IMG/VR virus record: IMGVR_UViG_3300045988_162908
Direction: 5' to 3' (one strand)
DNA length: 64,000 nucleotides
From: a virus
The stretch's first letter is position 1, and each line of letters starts with the position of its first letter. Shown here one piece after another: positions 16,795-25,024 of this stretch. The position numbers and the translations under genes are program-made. The notes under the pieces were generated by a model, which saw nothing but the letters and a program-made list of their open reading frames with translations, was not told the origin of the DNA and made no database searches.

Positions 16795-17055
16795 ATGAAC
16801 AATTATAATATTACATTTTCGCGCCGTTCCAGTACGGCGGCCCTGGTAAGTGTTTTATTTGCCGTGTGTGCCATTCTGTTTGCACGCCTGAATAAAAGTA
16901 CCTTTGCAGCTATAAAAAGCGCCTGGCGATGGTTATTTGCGCCTAAAACCTACTTTGCCAGCGATGGCGACGGTGTAACGGTCAACGGGCTTCAATTTAT
17001 CGGTATTAATCTAATAGCCGCGGCCGTGTGTGTATTACTGTCTATCTCCTTATAA
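16795..17055 (+). CDS. hypothetical membrane protein
   Basis: 86 aa with two hydrophobic segments. Confidence 0.6.
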   Translation: MNNYNITFSRRSSTAALVSVLFAVCAILFARLNKSTFAAIKSAWRWLFAPKTYFASDGDGVTVNGLQFIGINLIAAAVCVLLSISL

Positions 17056-17084
17056 AGATATTCTTTTTCAAACTTTAAATATCA

Positions 17085-17180
17085 GGGTGCAAAGGTATCC
17101 AGGCCAAAACGGCGGATCATTCCCGCCGGCACCTTCTAATAAGTGATAAAGCCGCTTTTATAGCGGTTGCAAAATATCAC
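17085..17180 (+). repeat. structured ~95-nt intergenic repeat (R_B)
   Basis: ~88% identical to 17679-17773. It contains nested stems GGTGC...GCACC, CGGCGG...CCGCCG, GTGATA...TATCAC and CCGC...GCGG. Confidence 0.8.
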
Positions 17181-17199
17181 AAGGAATTAATAAAATATA

Positions 17200-17227
17200 T
17201 TATAGAACATTTTAATTTTTAGGCAAT
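17200..17227 (+). promoter_or_regulatory. class-1 upstream motif
   Basis: TTATAGAACATTTTAATTTTTAGGCAAT directly 5' of ATG 17228. Confidence 0.5.
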
Positions 17228-17446
17228 ATGAAAAAGAAAATTTTCTCATTTGAAATGTACCTTATTATGAACGGTACGTGGACCCTGTTACGTAATTTTC
17301 GTTGTGATATAAACGAAAAGAGAAAACAAGTAGCATACCTTAAAAACAAGGGTTATGTTTACGACCGAAAAGAAAAAGCCTACTTTTTACGAAATGTAGG
17401 CACCGCCTATAATTGCGCCGTGTCAATTAAAAGCTATGAGATGTAA
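17228..17446 (+). CDS. hypothetical small protein
   Basis: 72-aa ATG ORF after a class-1 motif. Confidence 0.6.
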   Translation: MKKKIFSFEMYLIMNGTWTLLRNFRCDINEKRKQVAYLKNKGYVYDRKEKAYFLRNVGTAYNCAVSIKSYEM

Positions 17447-17460
17447 AATATAGTGCTATA

Positions 17461-17489
17461 TTATAGGACGTTTTTAAAAATAGAAAATT
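17461..17489 (+). promoter_or_regulatory. class-1 upstream motif
   Basis: TTATAGGACGTTTTTAAAAATAGAAAATT directly 5' of ATG 17490. Confidence 0.5.
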
Positions 17490-17678
17490 ATGAAAGCAGC
17501 ATCTTTTATTACATCAAAAAATTATAGCGGTGAAGACATTTGTCAAATATATTTGGGACGTCGAGCCGCTGAAGAAGGATACCAGAGTATCCAGGAGCTT
17601 ATTTCAGACTTACCAAACAGGACACCCAAGGGCAAAAGAAGCGGAATTGGTTTTTGGTCCTTATGTTTTAAGAAATAA
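17490..17678 (+). CDS. hypothetical small protein
   Basis: 62 aa. Preferred over the overlapping ORF 17530-17814, which runs through the R_C repeat. Confidence 0.5.
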   Translation: MKAASFITSKNYSGEDICQIYLGRRAAEEGYQSIQELISDLPNRTPKGKRSGIGFWSLCFKK

Positions 17679-17773
17679 GGTGCAAAGGTTTAAGGCCCAC
17701 ACGGCGGATCATTCCCGCCGGCACCTTCTAATAAGTGATAAAAGCCCTATTTATAGCGGCTGCAAAATATCAC
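17679..17773 (+). repeat. structured ~95-nt intergenic repeat (R_C)
   Basis: Paralog of 17085-17180. Confidence 0.8.
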
Positions 17774-17791
17774 GAAGAATTATTAAACAGA

Positions 17792-17818
17792 TTATAGAAC
17801 ATTTAAATTTTTAGAGTT
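17792..17818 (+). promoter_or_regulatory. class-1 upstream motif
   Basis: TTATAGAACATTTAAATTTTTAGAGTT directly 5' of ATG 17819. Confidence 0.5.
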
Positions 17819-18205
17819 ATGAAGACTTTTCATTTTAATTACACGGTGACTCCTTCTGTATTATACGACAAGGAGGGCAACGAAAAAAGTGCGGATTTTT
17901 GGATTGATATTAGAAATCAGCACAGCGAGATCCAGGCGGAAAACCTGAAGGAGGCGTGCCGGGCATTCAGCGAGATTCTGAGCCGTAACTGGTGCATAGA
18001 TTTGACCAAAAACGGCATAAAAACCGCTGAAGGTGTGTATAGAGACACCGACAAAGGAGTAGAACAGGTAGGTCTTGTATTCAAGGCGCGCACGGAGATT
18101 GAATTTGATTACGCTTATAAAAGACGTAATATTCGAGTATGGGCATCTATCCGTGAAGAGTTCATTCCCGATTTTGAGAAAGAAGGCTTTAAGGTATCAT
18201 TATAG
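17819..18205 (+). CDS. hypothetical protein
   Basis: 128-aa ATG ORF. Confidence 0.65.
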   Translation: MKTFHFNYTVTPSVLYDKEGNEKSADFWIDIRNQHSEIQAENLKEACRAFSEILSRNWCIDLTKNGIKTAEGVYRDTDKGVEQVGLVFKARTEIEFDYAYKRRNIRVWASIREEFIPDFEKEGFKVSL

Positions 18206-18226
18206 ACTCTTTAAAATTTTGAGGAT
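18200..18226 (+). promoter_or_regulatory. class-1 upstream motif (overlaps the upstream stop codon)
   Basis: TTATAGACTCTTTAAAATTTTGAGGAT directly 5' of ATG 18227. Confidence 0.45.
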
Positions 18227-18514
18227 ATGAAGAAATTAAAGAAATTAGCTATTTTATTGCGTGCCCTTGGCTTTAAGGTTGAAGTAAGACACGAGCCTAT
18301 CACTTTTGATGATGGCACCGTAATAGAAAATATCTTTGCCGCCGTCGATTTAGCGGGCTGTCACTGGGACATCTGGCACGAAGGTGTTACCTTTGAAATG
18401 CACTTTTATAGGAATAAGGAGTGTATTTATGATCAGGTGTACTACTCGTTTCAGCTTGGAGTTATCAAACAGATTTTTATAGACTTCGACAAGTACGAAA
18501 AATACGCCTGTTAA
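18227..18514 (+). CDS. hypothetical protein
   Basis: 95-aa ATG ORF. Confidence 0.6.
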   Translation: MKKLKKLAILLRALGFKVEVRHEPITFDDGTVIENIFAAVDLAGCHWDIWHEGVTFEMHFYRNKECIYDQVYYSFQLGVIKQIFIDFDKYEKYAC

Positions 18515-18569
18515 GGCTTCCAGGGCACTCCTGGAGTCTTTTATATAGGATGCAAAGAATATCACTATA

Positions 18570-18598
18570 TTATAGAACAATTTTAATTTTGAGGAATT
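18570..18598 (+). promoter_or_regulatory. class-1 upstream motif
   Basis: TTATAGAACAATTTTAATTTTGAGGAATT directly 5' of ATG 18599. It contains an exact TAATTTTG (TAnnTTTG). Confidence 0.5.
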
Positions 18599-19423
18599 AT
18601 GGAAGCAAAGATAGATTTTGAGAATTTGGAAAAAGAGGCCATCTGGAAAATTGAGGACCGCCTGGGTGATTTAAAAGAAGACTCCGGAGACGTTTTTCTG
18701 TGGGCAAGTAATTCTATCCCGGCTACAAAACCGGAACGTTTTAGCAGCGTGAAAAATGCAAAAGAATACGGAATTTTGAGAAATGAGTCTTACATGCGCC
18801 GTGGTATAATGAAACGAGATGAGCCAATAGACTATATTATAGGATCGGAAAAAGATTACCAAAAAACCGTGAAGTCTTGGTTCCGTCGCAAGAAAAACGA
18901 GATGGTAAGAAAGTACCGCGAACACGTCGAAAAACTCGTGGACCGCTCAAACAAAGAAATAACAGCGATGAAGGCGTTTAAAGACGTTTGCCGTACCTTC
19001 GATGGCAAAGTGATAAATAAGCGCTTTCTGGACGCTGCAAGGTATGCTACAGGCTTTTCTTGTAGCTTTTATGATGGCTGTCTTGAAATGAACGCTATCA
19101 ATTCTTACGGAGAATACGCTCCAGGTATCACGTTTTATTCTCCTTGTTGTTCTCTGACACAAAAAGCCTGGAAGTGGACGACAAACGACCGTATGGCTGC
19201 AGCAGAAGCCGTCGATCTGATAGACGGGTATATCTTGAACAAAACACGGGATATTGCTAAATACAAAGATAGCATCAAACATTATGCAAAGTACGTGGAC
19301 CAGGTACGCAAAATCGAGGCTTCTCTTCATAAGCTGGTAAAAACCGATGTAACGATCAGAGGCTGGGCACGTGAACACGACCTGGAGAAGTACCCACTGT
19401 TTGGTCACATCTGGGTATGCTAA
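18599..19423 (+). CDS. hypothetical protein
   Basis: 274-aa ATG ORF. Confidence 0.7.
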   Translation: MEAKIDFENLEKEAIWKIEDRLGDLKEDSGDVFLWASNSIPATKPERFSSVKNAKEYGILRNESYMRRGIMKRDEPIDYIIGSEKDYQKTVKSWFRRKKNEMVRKYREHVEKLVDRSNKEITAMKAFKDVCRTFDGKVINKRFLDAARYATGFSCSFYDGCLEMNAINSYGEYAPGITFYSPCCSLTQKAWKWTTNDRMAAAEAVDLIDGYILNKTRDIAKYKDSIKHYAKYVDQVRKIEASLHKLVKTDVTIRGWAREHDLEKYPLFGHIWVC

Positions 19424-19481
19424 CAAATAGCCCTGAATGCTATTCAGGGCACCCTTTATAGAATGAGTGATTTTTTACTTA

Positions 19482-19510
19482 TTATAGAACGTTTTTAATA
19501 TTGAGGAATT
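19482..19510 (+). promoter_or_regulatory. class-1 upstream motif
   Basis: TTATAGAACGTTTTTAATATTGAGGAATT directly 5' of ATG 19511. It is preceded by the hairpin GCCCTGAAT...ATTCAGGGC at 19430-19450. Confidence 0.5.
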
Positions 19511-20222
19511 ATGAAAGACAATAAATTGTATGTAGATATTTTGAGCCGACAGGCAAATAAGGATGGCAGACCATACGAAATGGCACTGAGCGATTTCTGT
19601 GACTTCCTTCTGGATTTATTCAGCGTCGAGGCATTCAAGGGCAAAGATGTTGACAGCCTGCAAAACTGGTTTAGTGAGCGTATCAGCAAGAAGCCTGACT
19701 TCGGGCTACTGGCTACAAACTGGCTGGTAGATGTAAGCGTGGCACTTCAGAATGGTACCTGGCTTGATGTGTTTGGCATTCTTTATGAGAACATGTACCT
19801 ATTACCTGGCAAGGCCTCCAAGACAGGGCAATTTTTCACGCCTCCTGCCATTTCCGACCTAATAAGTGATATTATAGGCTCGAAGAAAAAAACAGGCTTC
19901 CAGCCCTAATATTTCAGGCAAAACGGTAAATGATTGCGCCGCTGGTAGCGGTCGCCTTCTTCTGTCACACTTTGCTAAAATGAGCAGCCCTGATCCTTCA
20001 GTAGGTAGAACATATAAGTATGTTGCCCAGGATTCAGATCCGCTGGCATGTAAGATGTGCGCCCTGAACATGATGGCGCACGGTATGAATGGCGTGGTAA
20101 TCTGCCAGGATACCTTGGCAATGAGTACACCATCGGCGGTGTATTACGTCAACGAAGTGAAATATCCATTTAATACGCCTTATTATAGCGTGCGTGTAGT
20201 ATCAGGGGATCCAGCAAAATAG
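19511..20222 (+). pseudogene. frameshifted, C-terminally short N6-adenine DNA methyltransferase-like gene
   Basis: ORF 19511-19909 ends ...KTGQFFTPPAISDLISDIIGSKKKTGFQP*. The +1 frame, open from 19878, continues ...ISGKTVNDCAAGSGRLLL...ALNMMAHGMNGVVICQDTL. These are HsdM-like motifs (GQFFTP, xDxAxGSG). The switch point coincides with an A7 run at 19886-19892. Confidence 0.6.
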
Positions 20223-20251
20223 GATTCCCTGGCAATAAAGAAAATAACATA

Positions 20252-20269
20252 TTATAGAACAGATAGAAA
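20252..20269 (+). promoter_or_regulatory. class-1 upstream motif (short form)
   Basis: TTATAGAACAGATAGAAA directly 5' of ATG 20270. Confidence 0.4.
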
Positions 20270-20626
20270 ATGAAGAAATCATCAGTTATATATAATTTCG
20301 CTATCTCGCAGCATCAGGGTAAAATCCTGCTGACTGCCCAGGAATACCCCTGGAGTGTGCTCCAGGTAATCACTTTCGAGCCACAATTTTTCGACAAGGT
20401 GGTGGCGCTTTGCAAGCGCCGCGGTATGGTAGCTACCCACGACAAGGATCGCTCCTTCTGCATCATCCATCTTGGCAGTGGAGATCAGAACGGCAAATAT
20501 CCAGATAGGCATATCAATACCGATACGCCGGCAGCTATCGACAAGTATCTGGAGGCATTGAAAGATGCGATGGCGCAAGCAGTGGTTTGGTATTTTACGA
20601 ATATTATAGAACGTGTGAAAAATTAG
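20270..20626 (+). CDS. hypothetical protein
   Basis: 118-aa ATG ORF. Its 3' end contains the next class-1 motif. Confidence 0.6.
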   Translation: MKKSSVIYNFAISQHQGKILLTAQEYPWSVLQVITFEPQFFDKVVALCKRRGMVATHDKDRSFCIIHLGSGDQNGKYPDRHINTDTPAAIDKYLEALKDAMAQAVVWYFTNIIERVKN

Positions 20627-20631
20627 AAATT
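20604..20631 (+). promoter_or_regulatory. class-1 upstream motif
   Basis: TTATAGAACGTGTGAAAAATTAGAAATT directly 5' of ATG 20632. Confidence 0.5.
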
Positions 20632-20892
20632 ATGATAGAATATTTGTTAGATATATATACGATCCGCAGATATACAAATGGGAAGGTAACATGTGAGAAA
20701 ATCTCGAAAGTACTTAAAGAAAGTACGGTAAAACTTGCAAAACGAGCTTGCAAAAACGTTGGTTATAAGTACATCGGACGTTACAAGGATACATACGGTA
20801 ACTATTATGCCAAGTATGAACGCAAGGATGAAAAGTTATCTAATTCCGAATGTGAAGTTTACTTCAGGCAGATATTCACAAAATTAAAGTAA
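20632..20892 (+). CDS. hypothetical protein
   Basis: ATG at 20632 (MIEYLLDIY...) chosen because the class-1 motif abuts it. The ORF track starts at 20587. Confidence 0.6.
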   Translation: MIEYLLDIYTIRRYTNGKVTCEKISKVLKESTVKLAKRACKNVGYKYIGRYKDTYGNYYAKYERKDEKLSNSECEVYFRQIFTKLK

Positions 20893-20922
20893 TATAGAAT
20901 CAATAAAAAATTAGAAAATCGT
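20893..20922 (+). promoter_or_regulatory. class-1 upstream motif (degenerate)
   Basis: TATAGAATCAATAAAAAATTAGAAAATCGT directly 5' of ATG 20923. Confidence 0.4.
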
Positions 20923-21222
20923 ATGAAGCATATTTATATACTGAGCACTTGCGACAACTGGAAATCCCGCGGCTCAATGATTAGATATTACGTCGGATCA
21001 TCCGACAAGGCTGGCACCCGCCGACTGCTGGCAGCTATCACAAAAGGTATTAGGGATCGCGTTTTCCGTTGGGCTACGAATGGCGAGAAGATTCCGGTAC
21101 TGGAACAGATAGAAGACTTTCAACACGATGTGAAGTTTGCCGGTGCTACAGTTGCGTATGAAATCCAGAGTAAACTGGAAGGCGGCTCGCTGGAGCTCGT
21201 AGAGTTTAACAGTTATCAGTAG
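20923..21222 (+). CDS. hypothetical protein
   Basis: 99-aa ATG ORF. Confidence 0.6.
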   Translation: MKHIYILSTCDNWKSRGSMIRYYVGSSDKAGTRRLLAAITKGIRDRVFRWATNGEKIPVLEQIEDFQHDVKFAGATVAYEIQSKLEGGSLELVEFNSYQ

Positions 21223-21223
21223 T

Positions 21224-21252
21224 ATTGTAGAATCATAAAAAAATTAGAAATT
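21224..21252 (+). promoter_or_regulatory. class-1 upstream motif (degenerate)
   Basis: ATTGTAGAATCATAAAAAAATTAGAAATT directly 5' of ATG 21253. Confidence 0.4.
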
Positions 21253-21513
21253 ATGGCAAAGTTAACAAAGAAAGATAAGGAGTTTTTAAAGAAAATCGGC
21301 TATCTCGAAGAGGATTTCAATCAGATAGAAAAAGCCAATTACAAGTATTACACCAAAGATGATCAGAGAATCAGCGAGGAGGAAGCTCTTAAAAAGTTAG
21401 GTAGAGATCGCTGGCTGTCTGGTATAGGTAGAGCCTGTTTTCATGCTTCATCTGTAAGAGATTACAAGCGTGGTTCAGGATATGTATATATAAATAGTGA
21501 TACTTTCCAATAA
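21253..21513 (+). CDS. hypothetical protein
   Basis: 86-aa ATG ORF. Confidence 0.6.
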   Translation: MAKLTKKDKEFLKKIGYLEEDFNQIEKANYKYYTKDDQRISEEEALKKLGRDRWLSGIGRACFHASSVRDYKRGSGYVYINSDTFQ

Positions 21514-21533
21514 ATAATATCACGATCATCATA

Positions 21534-21561
21534 TTATAACAACATTAAAAAATCAGAAATT
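21534..21561 (+). promoter_or_regulatory. class-1 upstream motif (degenerate)
   Basis: TTATAACAACATTAAAAAATCAGAAATT directly 5' of ATG 21562. Confidence 0.4.
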
Positions 21562-22104
21562 ATGGAATCAAAGAATAATAATAAGAACGGTATGAACGTT
21601 ATAGAGAATATAGAAAACGAAGTGAAGGTAACAGAAGAGAGCCGCAAGGCATACGGACGACCATCTGTTAACGAGGAAAAGGGCTGGAAGCTGGATCACG
21701 TTATCCCTTTTGACTTCTACCACAACGCATATATAAAGAGCCGCATGGGTATTGATGAACTCGTAGAGATAGTGCTGCAGGAGTGTAATATCAGCGCGGA
21801 TGATACCTGTTCCTGGGCAAAAGATATTCGCACACTCATTAAGTACGCCATCGAGCATTTCGATGAGCGGATGGAGGAGGACGAGGAAGACCCGGATGGG
21901 GAAAATGAACTCTTATCAGGGTGCTGGATAGGCGATGCTATCACCCTGCGTGAAGAGGCGTACGAGTGCGCAGAAATGCACCGCAGCCACACACCAGAAG
22001 AGAGACAGGAGTTTCTTGAATATTGCTGGGGATTTGCATCTAAGGCTGCGAGCCGCATCGACCGCATGATGAAGATATTTGAGCCTTCAGACACGAAGCA
22101 GTAA
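21562..22104 (+). CDS. hypothetical acidic protein
   Basis: 180-aa ATG ORF, last gene of the class-1 array. Confidence 0.65.
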   Translation: MESKNNNKNGMNVIENIENEVKVTEESRKAYGRPSVNEEKGWKLDHVIPFDFYHNAYIKSRMGIDELVEIVLQECNISADDTCSWAKDIRTLIKYAIEHFDERMEEDEEDPDGENELLSGCWIGDAITLREEAYECAEMHRSHTPEERQEFLEYCWGFASKAASRIDRMMKIFEPSDTKQ

Positions 22105-22446
22105 CCCACCATCCCATACAGGGGAAGTCTGAAAGCCTTCCCCTACCCCGTCCGGCAGACCGGCAAGCGTGGAGCGACACCACGGCGAGGTGCATTATTT
22201 CTTTGAAATAACTTTGAAATTTTAAATGTTTTTTGCGGAAGCGTCCGCACTTGTTTTCACGCTGTCTGCGGTCCGTGAGGATAGCAGCGGCATTTTTTCC
22301 CATCGCTGCCACGGCTGGCACCATCTATTGAAGATGTGAGGATCGACACCTCAGAGCGAACAATGACTGACAAATAAGGTATAGAGTGCTGAAAACGTGA
22401 TAAAACGTTAAAAATACATCTAAAATAGTATTTTATGTGTATTTTA

Positions 22447-22478
22447 TTTGGTAGTTTCAGAAATTATCCGTACCTTTG
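22447..22478 (+). promoter_or_regulatory. Bacteroidota promoter TTTG-N20-TACCTTTG
   Basis: TTTG at 22447 and TACCTTTG at 22471, 24 nt start-to-start, ~80 nt upstream of the first class-2 gene. Confidence 0.65.
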
Positions 22479-22525
22479 CATCAGATAAAACAAGAAGATA
22501 ATATATAATACTAATAATCATTTTT

Positions 22526-22554
22526 AGCCCTAAGCGCATCACGGTTAAGCGCAA
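22526..22554 (+). promoter_or_regulatory. class-2 upstream stem-loop motif
   Basis: AGCCCTAAGCGCATCACGGTTAAGCGCAA, ending 5 nt before ATG 22560. Stem GCGC/GCGC. Confidence 0.6.
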
Positions 22555-22559
22555 GTAAT

Positions 22560-22925
22560 ATGAAAACAATTTCCTTTAATTTAAATTTTGTAGAAATCCA
22601 ATCCTTGCTTACATCTATTATCAATATAGATAAGTTAATGGGTGTGCATGATTGTTCAGATCAAGACTATCCACGAACACCGCAGGAGGTAAAGATTGCG
22701 GTTGCCATCGAATTGAAGGCGATGGGCGTGTTAGCCTACGACCTCGACAATATCACCGACAAGACCCGCGATACCTTGGAGAATCGAGGATATACGGGAG
22801 AGTGGCAGGACGAGTACGAATCCTTCTGGCTGAAGGGTCAATATGTATGGGTGCGAGTAAGAATGCTCTACAAAACGGACGGAACGCCTGTTATAGCTTT
22901 GGAGGCAAAAGCCAATAATCAATAA
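22560..22925 (+). CDS. hypothetical protein
   Basis: 121-aa ATG ORF after a class-2 motif. Confidence 0.65.
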   Translation: MKTISFNLNFVEIQSLLTSIINIDKLMGVHDCSDQDYPRTPQEVKIAVAIELKAMGVLAYDLDNITDKTRDTLENRGYTGEWQDEYESFWLKGQYVWVRVRMLYKTDGTPVIALEAKANNQ

Positions 22926-22939
22926 TACATTTATAATTT

Positions 22940-22968
22940 AGCCCTAAGCGCATCACGGTTAAGCGCAA
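22940..22968 (+). promoter_or_regulatory. class-2 upstream stem-loop motif
   Basis: Identical 29-mer AGCCCTAAGCGCATCACGGTTAAGCGCAA before ATG 22974. Confidence 0.6.
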
Positions 22969-22973
22969 ACAAT

Positions 22974-23681
22974 ATGGGAACATATAGAAGAGTATTTATT
23001 CCTTCCAAATTTTCATCTGTTGAGAATGCTAACAAAAAGCATAAGAGTAGAGTTTCAGCGTGCAGAAAGAACGGTGTAGTAAACGTTTGTGTCTTCGATG
23101 GTACCGCATCACTCCTGGGTAAGCTGAAGGCTTTCGTCGAAGAAAAGAAGGTAGATTATCATACCTTCGGTGATAACTACAACGGCTACGGCTACCAGGA
23201 TCACTATCACGATTATTACCTGAATACAAAGGACGGAAAAGCATTCATCGAAATGCTTGACGGGAAAAAGAAGGTCGTAAAGAAGGCGAAAACCTGGGAG
23301 GACGTTCGCGACGCATGGGCTCGCTCGCTGGTTAGAAAATCAGAGAATGCAGTTACCTTCGAAGAGGCGCAGCAGATGGCAGAGGAAAAGGTAGATTATA
23401 AGAACGACAGAATATCTGCGATGATCTCGCGCCAGTCTGAGCGAGGCGACAGCGTAAAGCGCGGCAAGCTCATTGCAAAGATGGAGCGTGAAAATCCTTT
23501 CCGTCCTATCCGAGATTACGACCACGCCCTGGCTATCATTGCAGCAAGCAAACGTCACAATAATACGGCCTACGATAGTCTCCTGAACGAGGCGCACGAT
23601 ATGGAGCGCTATGGCGATATTGAGCCAGGAACCGCAAAAGAGTGGGCACGTGAACAGATAAAGAGAACTAAGCAGTTATAA
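22974..23681 (+). CDS. hypothetical protein
   Basis: 235-aa ATG ORF. Confidence 0.7.
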   Translation: MGTYRRVFIPSKFSSVENANKKHKSRVSACRKNGVVNVCVFDGTASLLGKLKAFVEEKKVDYHTFGDNYNGYGYQDHYHDYYLNTKDGKAFIEMLDGKKKVVKKAKTWEDVRDAWARSLVRKSENAVTFEEAQQMAEEKVDYKNDRISAMISRQSERGDSVKRGKLIAKMERENPFRPIRDYDHALAIIAASKRHNNTAYDSLLNEAHDMERYGDIEPGTAKEWAREQIKRTKQL

Positions 23682-23690
23682 TTATTACTA

Positions 23691-23719
23691 AGCCCTAAGC
23701 GCATCACGGTTAAGCGCAA
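23691..23719 (+). promoter_or_regulatory. class-2 upstream stem-loop motif
   Basis: Identical 29-mer before ATG 23725. Confidence 0.6.
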
Positions 23720-23724
23720 ATAAT

Positions 23725-24315
23725 ATGAAGAAGTTTTTTGTATATTTCGACAAGAAAGTTATTATTGACTCAGCAGAAAAAGCCGAGGAGTTTATTAACA
23801 GCCTGACTGACAAGAACGAGCCTGACGGCAGAAAGTTGGAGGTTAACGACAACGTTCATTCCCTTCTGAAGAAGATTTATCAGGACGAACAGGCGGGCAG
23901 AAAATTGCAGACTACAGGCTGTAGCCCATCATCCTTCATCTATTGCTATCCTGCCCTTGCTGATACTCCAGAGGAGTGCGAGAAGGCTATCATAGCAAAA
24001 GAGGCAGCAGACCGCAAGCACAAGCAGGATGAGGAGATCCAGGAGAAGCAGCGTATCGCCCGTGAAATCAACGAGCGCCGCAAGGAACTGGCTGCGATGC
24101 CGAAAGGTTTCTTTACCGTCTGTCTTTGTGCAACCGTCAATTTTTCATATAAATATTATGAGTACGTAGGCTATGCCGAGAATGGCGAGGAGGCATATAA
24201 AATGGCAGTAGCGAAGCTACAGAAAGATTTCGGTACCCACCTCTGGGATTACGATAACATCCTGGATGCAGAAATCATTCCTCGCCTTCTTGGTGATGAA
24301 GTTTATTCGTTATAG
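23725..24315 (+). CDS. hypothetical protein
   Basis: 196-aa ATG ORF. Confidence 0.7.
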   Translation: MKKFFVYFDKKVIIDSAEKAEEFINSLTDKNEPDGRKLEVNDNVHSLLKKIYQDEQAGRKLQTTGCSPSSFIYCYPALADTPEECEKAIIAKEAADRKHKQDEEIQEKQRIAREINERRKELAAMPKGFFTVCLCATVNFSYKYYEYVGYAENGEEAYKMAVAKLQKDFGTHLWDYDNILDAEIIPRLLGDEVYSL

Positions 24316-24351
24316 CATCGGATTTTTATTACTGGTTTATAGATTATTTTC

Positions 24352-24378
24352 AGCCCTACGCATCACGGTCAAGCGGAA
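24352..24378 (+). promoter_or_regulatory. class-2 upstream stem-loop motif (variant)
   Basis: AGCCCTACGCATCACGGTCAAGCGGAA before ATG 24384. Stem CGC/GCG. Confidence 0.55.
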
Positions 24379-24383
24379 CTAAT

Positions 24384-24980
24384 ATGGAAAGAAACGACAT
24401 AGTAGTATTGGAGAATCTTCAGCAAGAAGATGATCAACCAAGATACCTTGTAGTATTAGCTAAGGAAATAGAAAATTATGCCGCAGACGGAAGCAGCTAC
24501 GATTATTCCTTAGAGAACGGCGAGAGTGAGTGTGAGCATGATATGATGAAGGCTATAGAGAAGAAGTTCGGAATTAACACTGCCGAGCTGTCTCTATGTG
24601 GAGAAGACAACGAACTTGAAGCTTGTATCGCTTCTGAAATTAGCGATGAGTTGCTTGCCGAGATAAACACTTTCGCTAAAAAATGGCGAGAGGAAAATGA
24701 ATGGTTTGATAATCCGCTCTATTGGAACTATTTTGATGGCTCAAACTGGAAGTCAGAGCTGTTACATAGTGAAGTAGAAGGTGTGAATGACAACCGTCAG
24801 TATGATTTGCTCGATAGCAATGGCGAGACCGCAAAGGACGTTATTGCGGCATACGACAGAGCCGAGGACGTTCCAAGACAATGGGAAAACGGATATTCTA
24901 CCTTCATTGATGAAGAAACCGGGTATGAGGTTAGATTCTCTCAATGGTACGGACACGCAAGTATGGCAGACGTTTATTAA
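24384..24980 (+). CDS. hypothetical acidic protein
   Basis: 198-aa ATG ORF. Confidence 0.7.
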   Translation: MERNDIVVLENLQQEDDQPRYLVVLAKEIENYAADGSSYDYSLENGESECEHDMMKAIEKKFGINTAELSLCGEDNELEACIASEISDELLAEINTFAKKWREENEWFDNPLYWNYFDGSNWKSELLHSEVEGVNDNRQYDLLDSNGETAKDVIAAYDRAEDVPRQWENGYSTFIDEETGYEVRFSQWYGHASMADVY

Positions 24981-24993
24981 AATCATTATTATC

Positions 24994-25018
24994 AGCCCTC
25001 GACATCACGGTTAAGTCA
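24994..25018 (+). promoter_or_regulatory. class-2 upstream stem-loop motif (variant)
   Basis: AGCCCTCGACATCACGGTTAAGTCA before ATG 25025. Stem GAC/GTC (compensatory). Confidence 0.55.
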
Positions 25019-25024
25019 ATAGGT

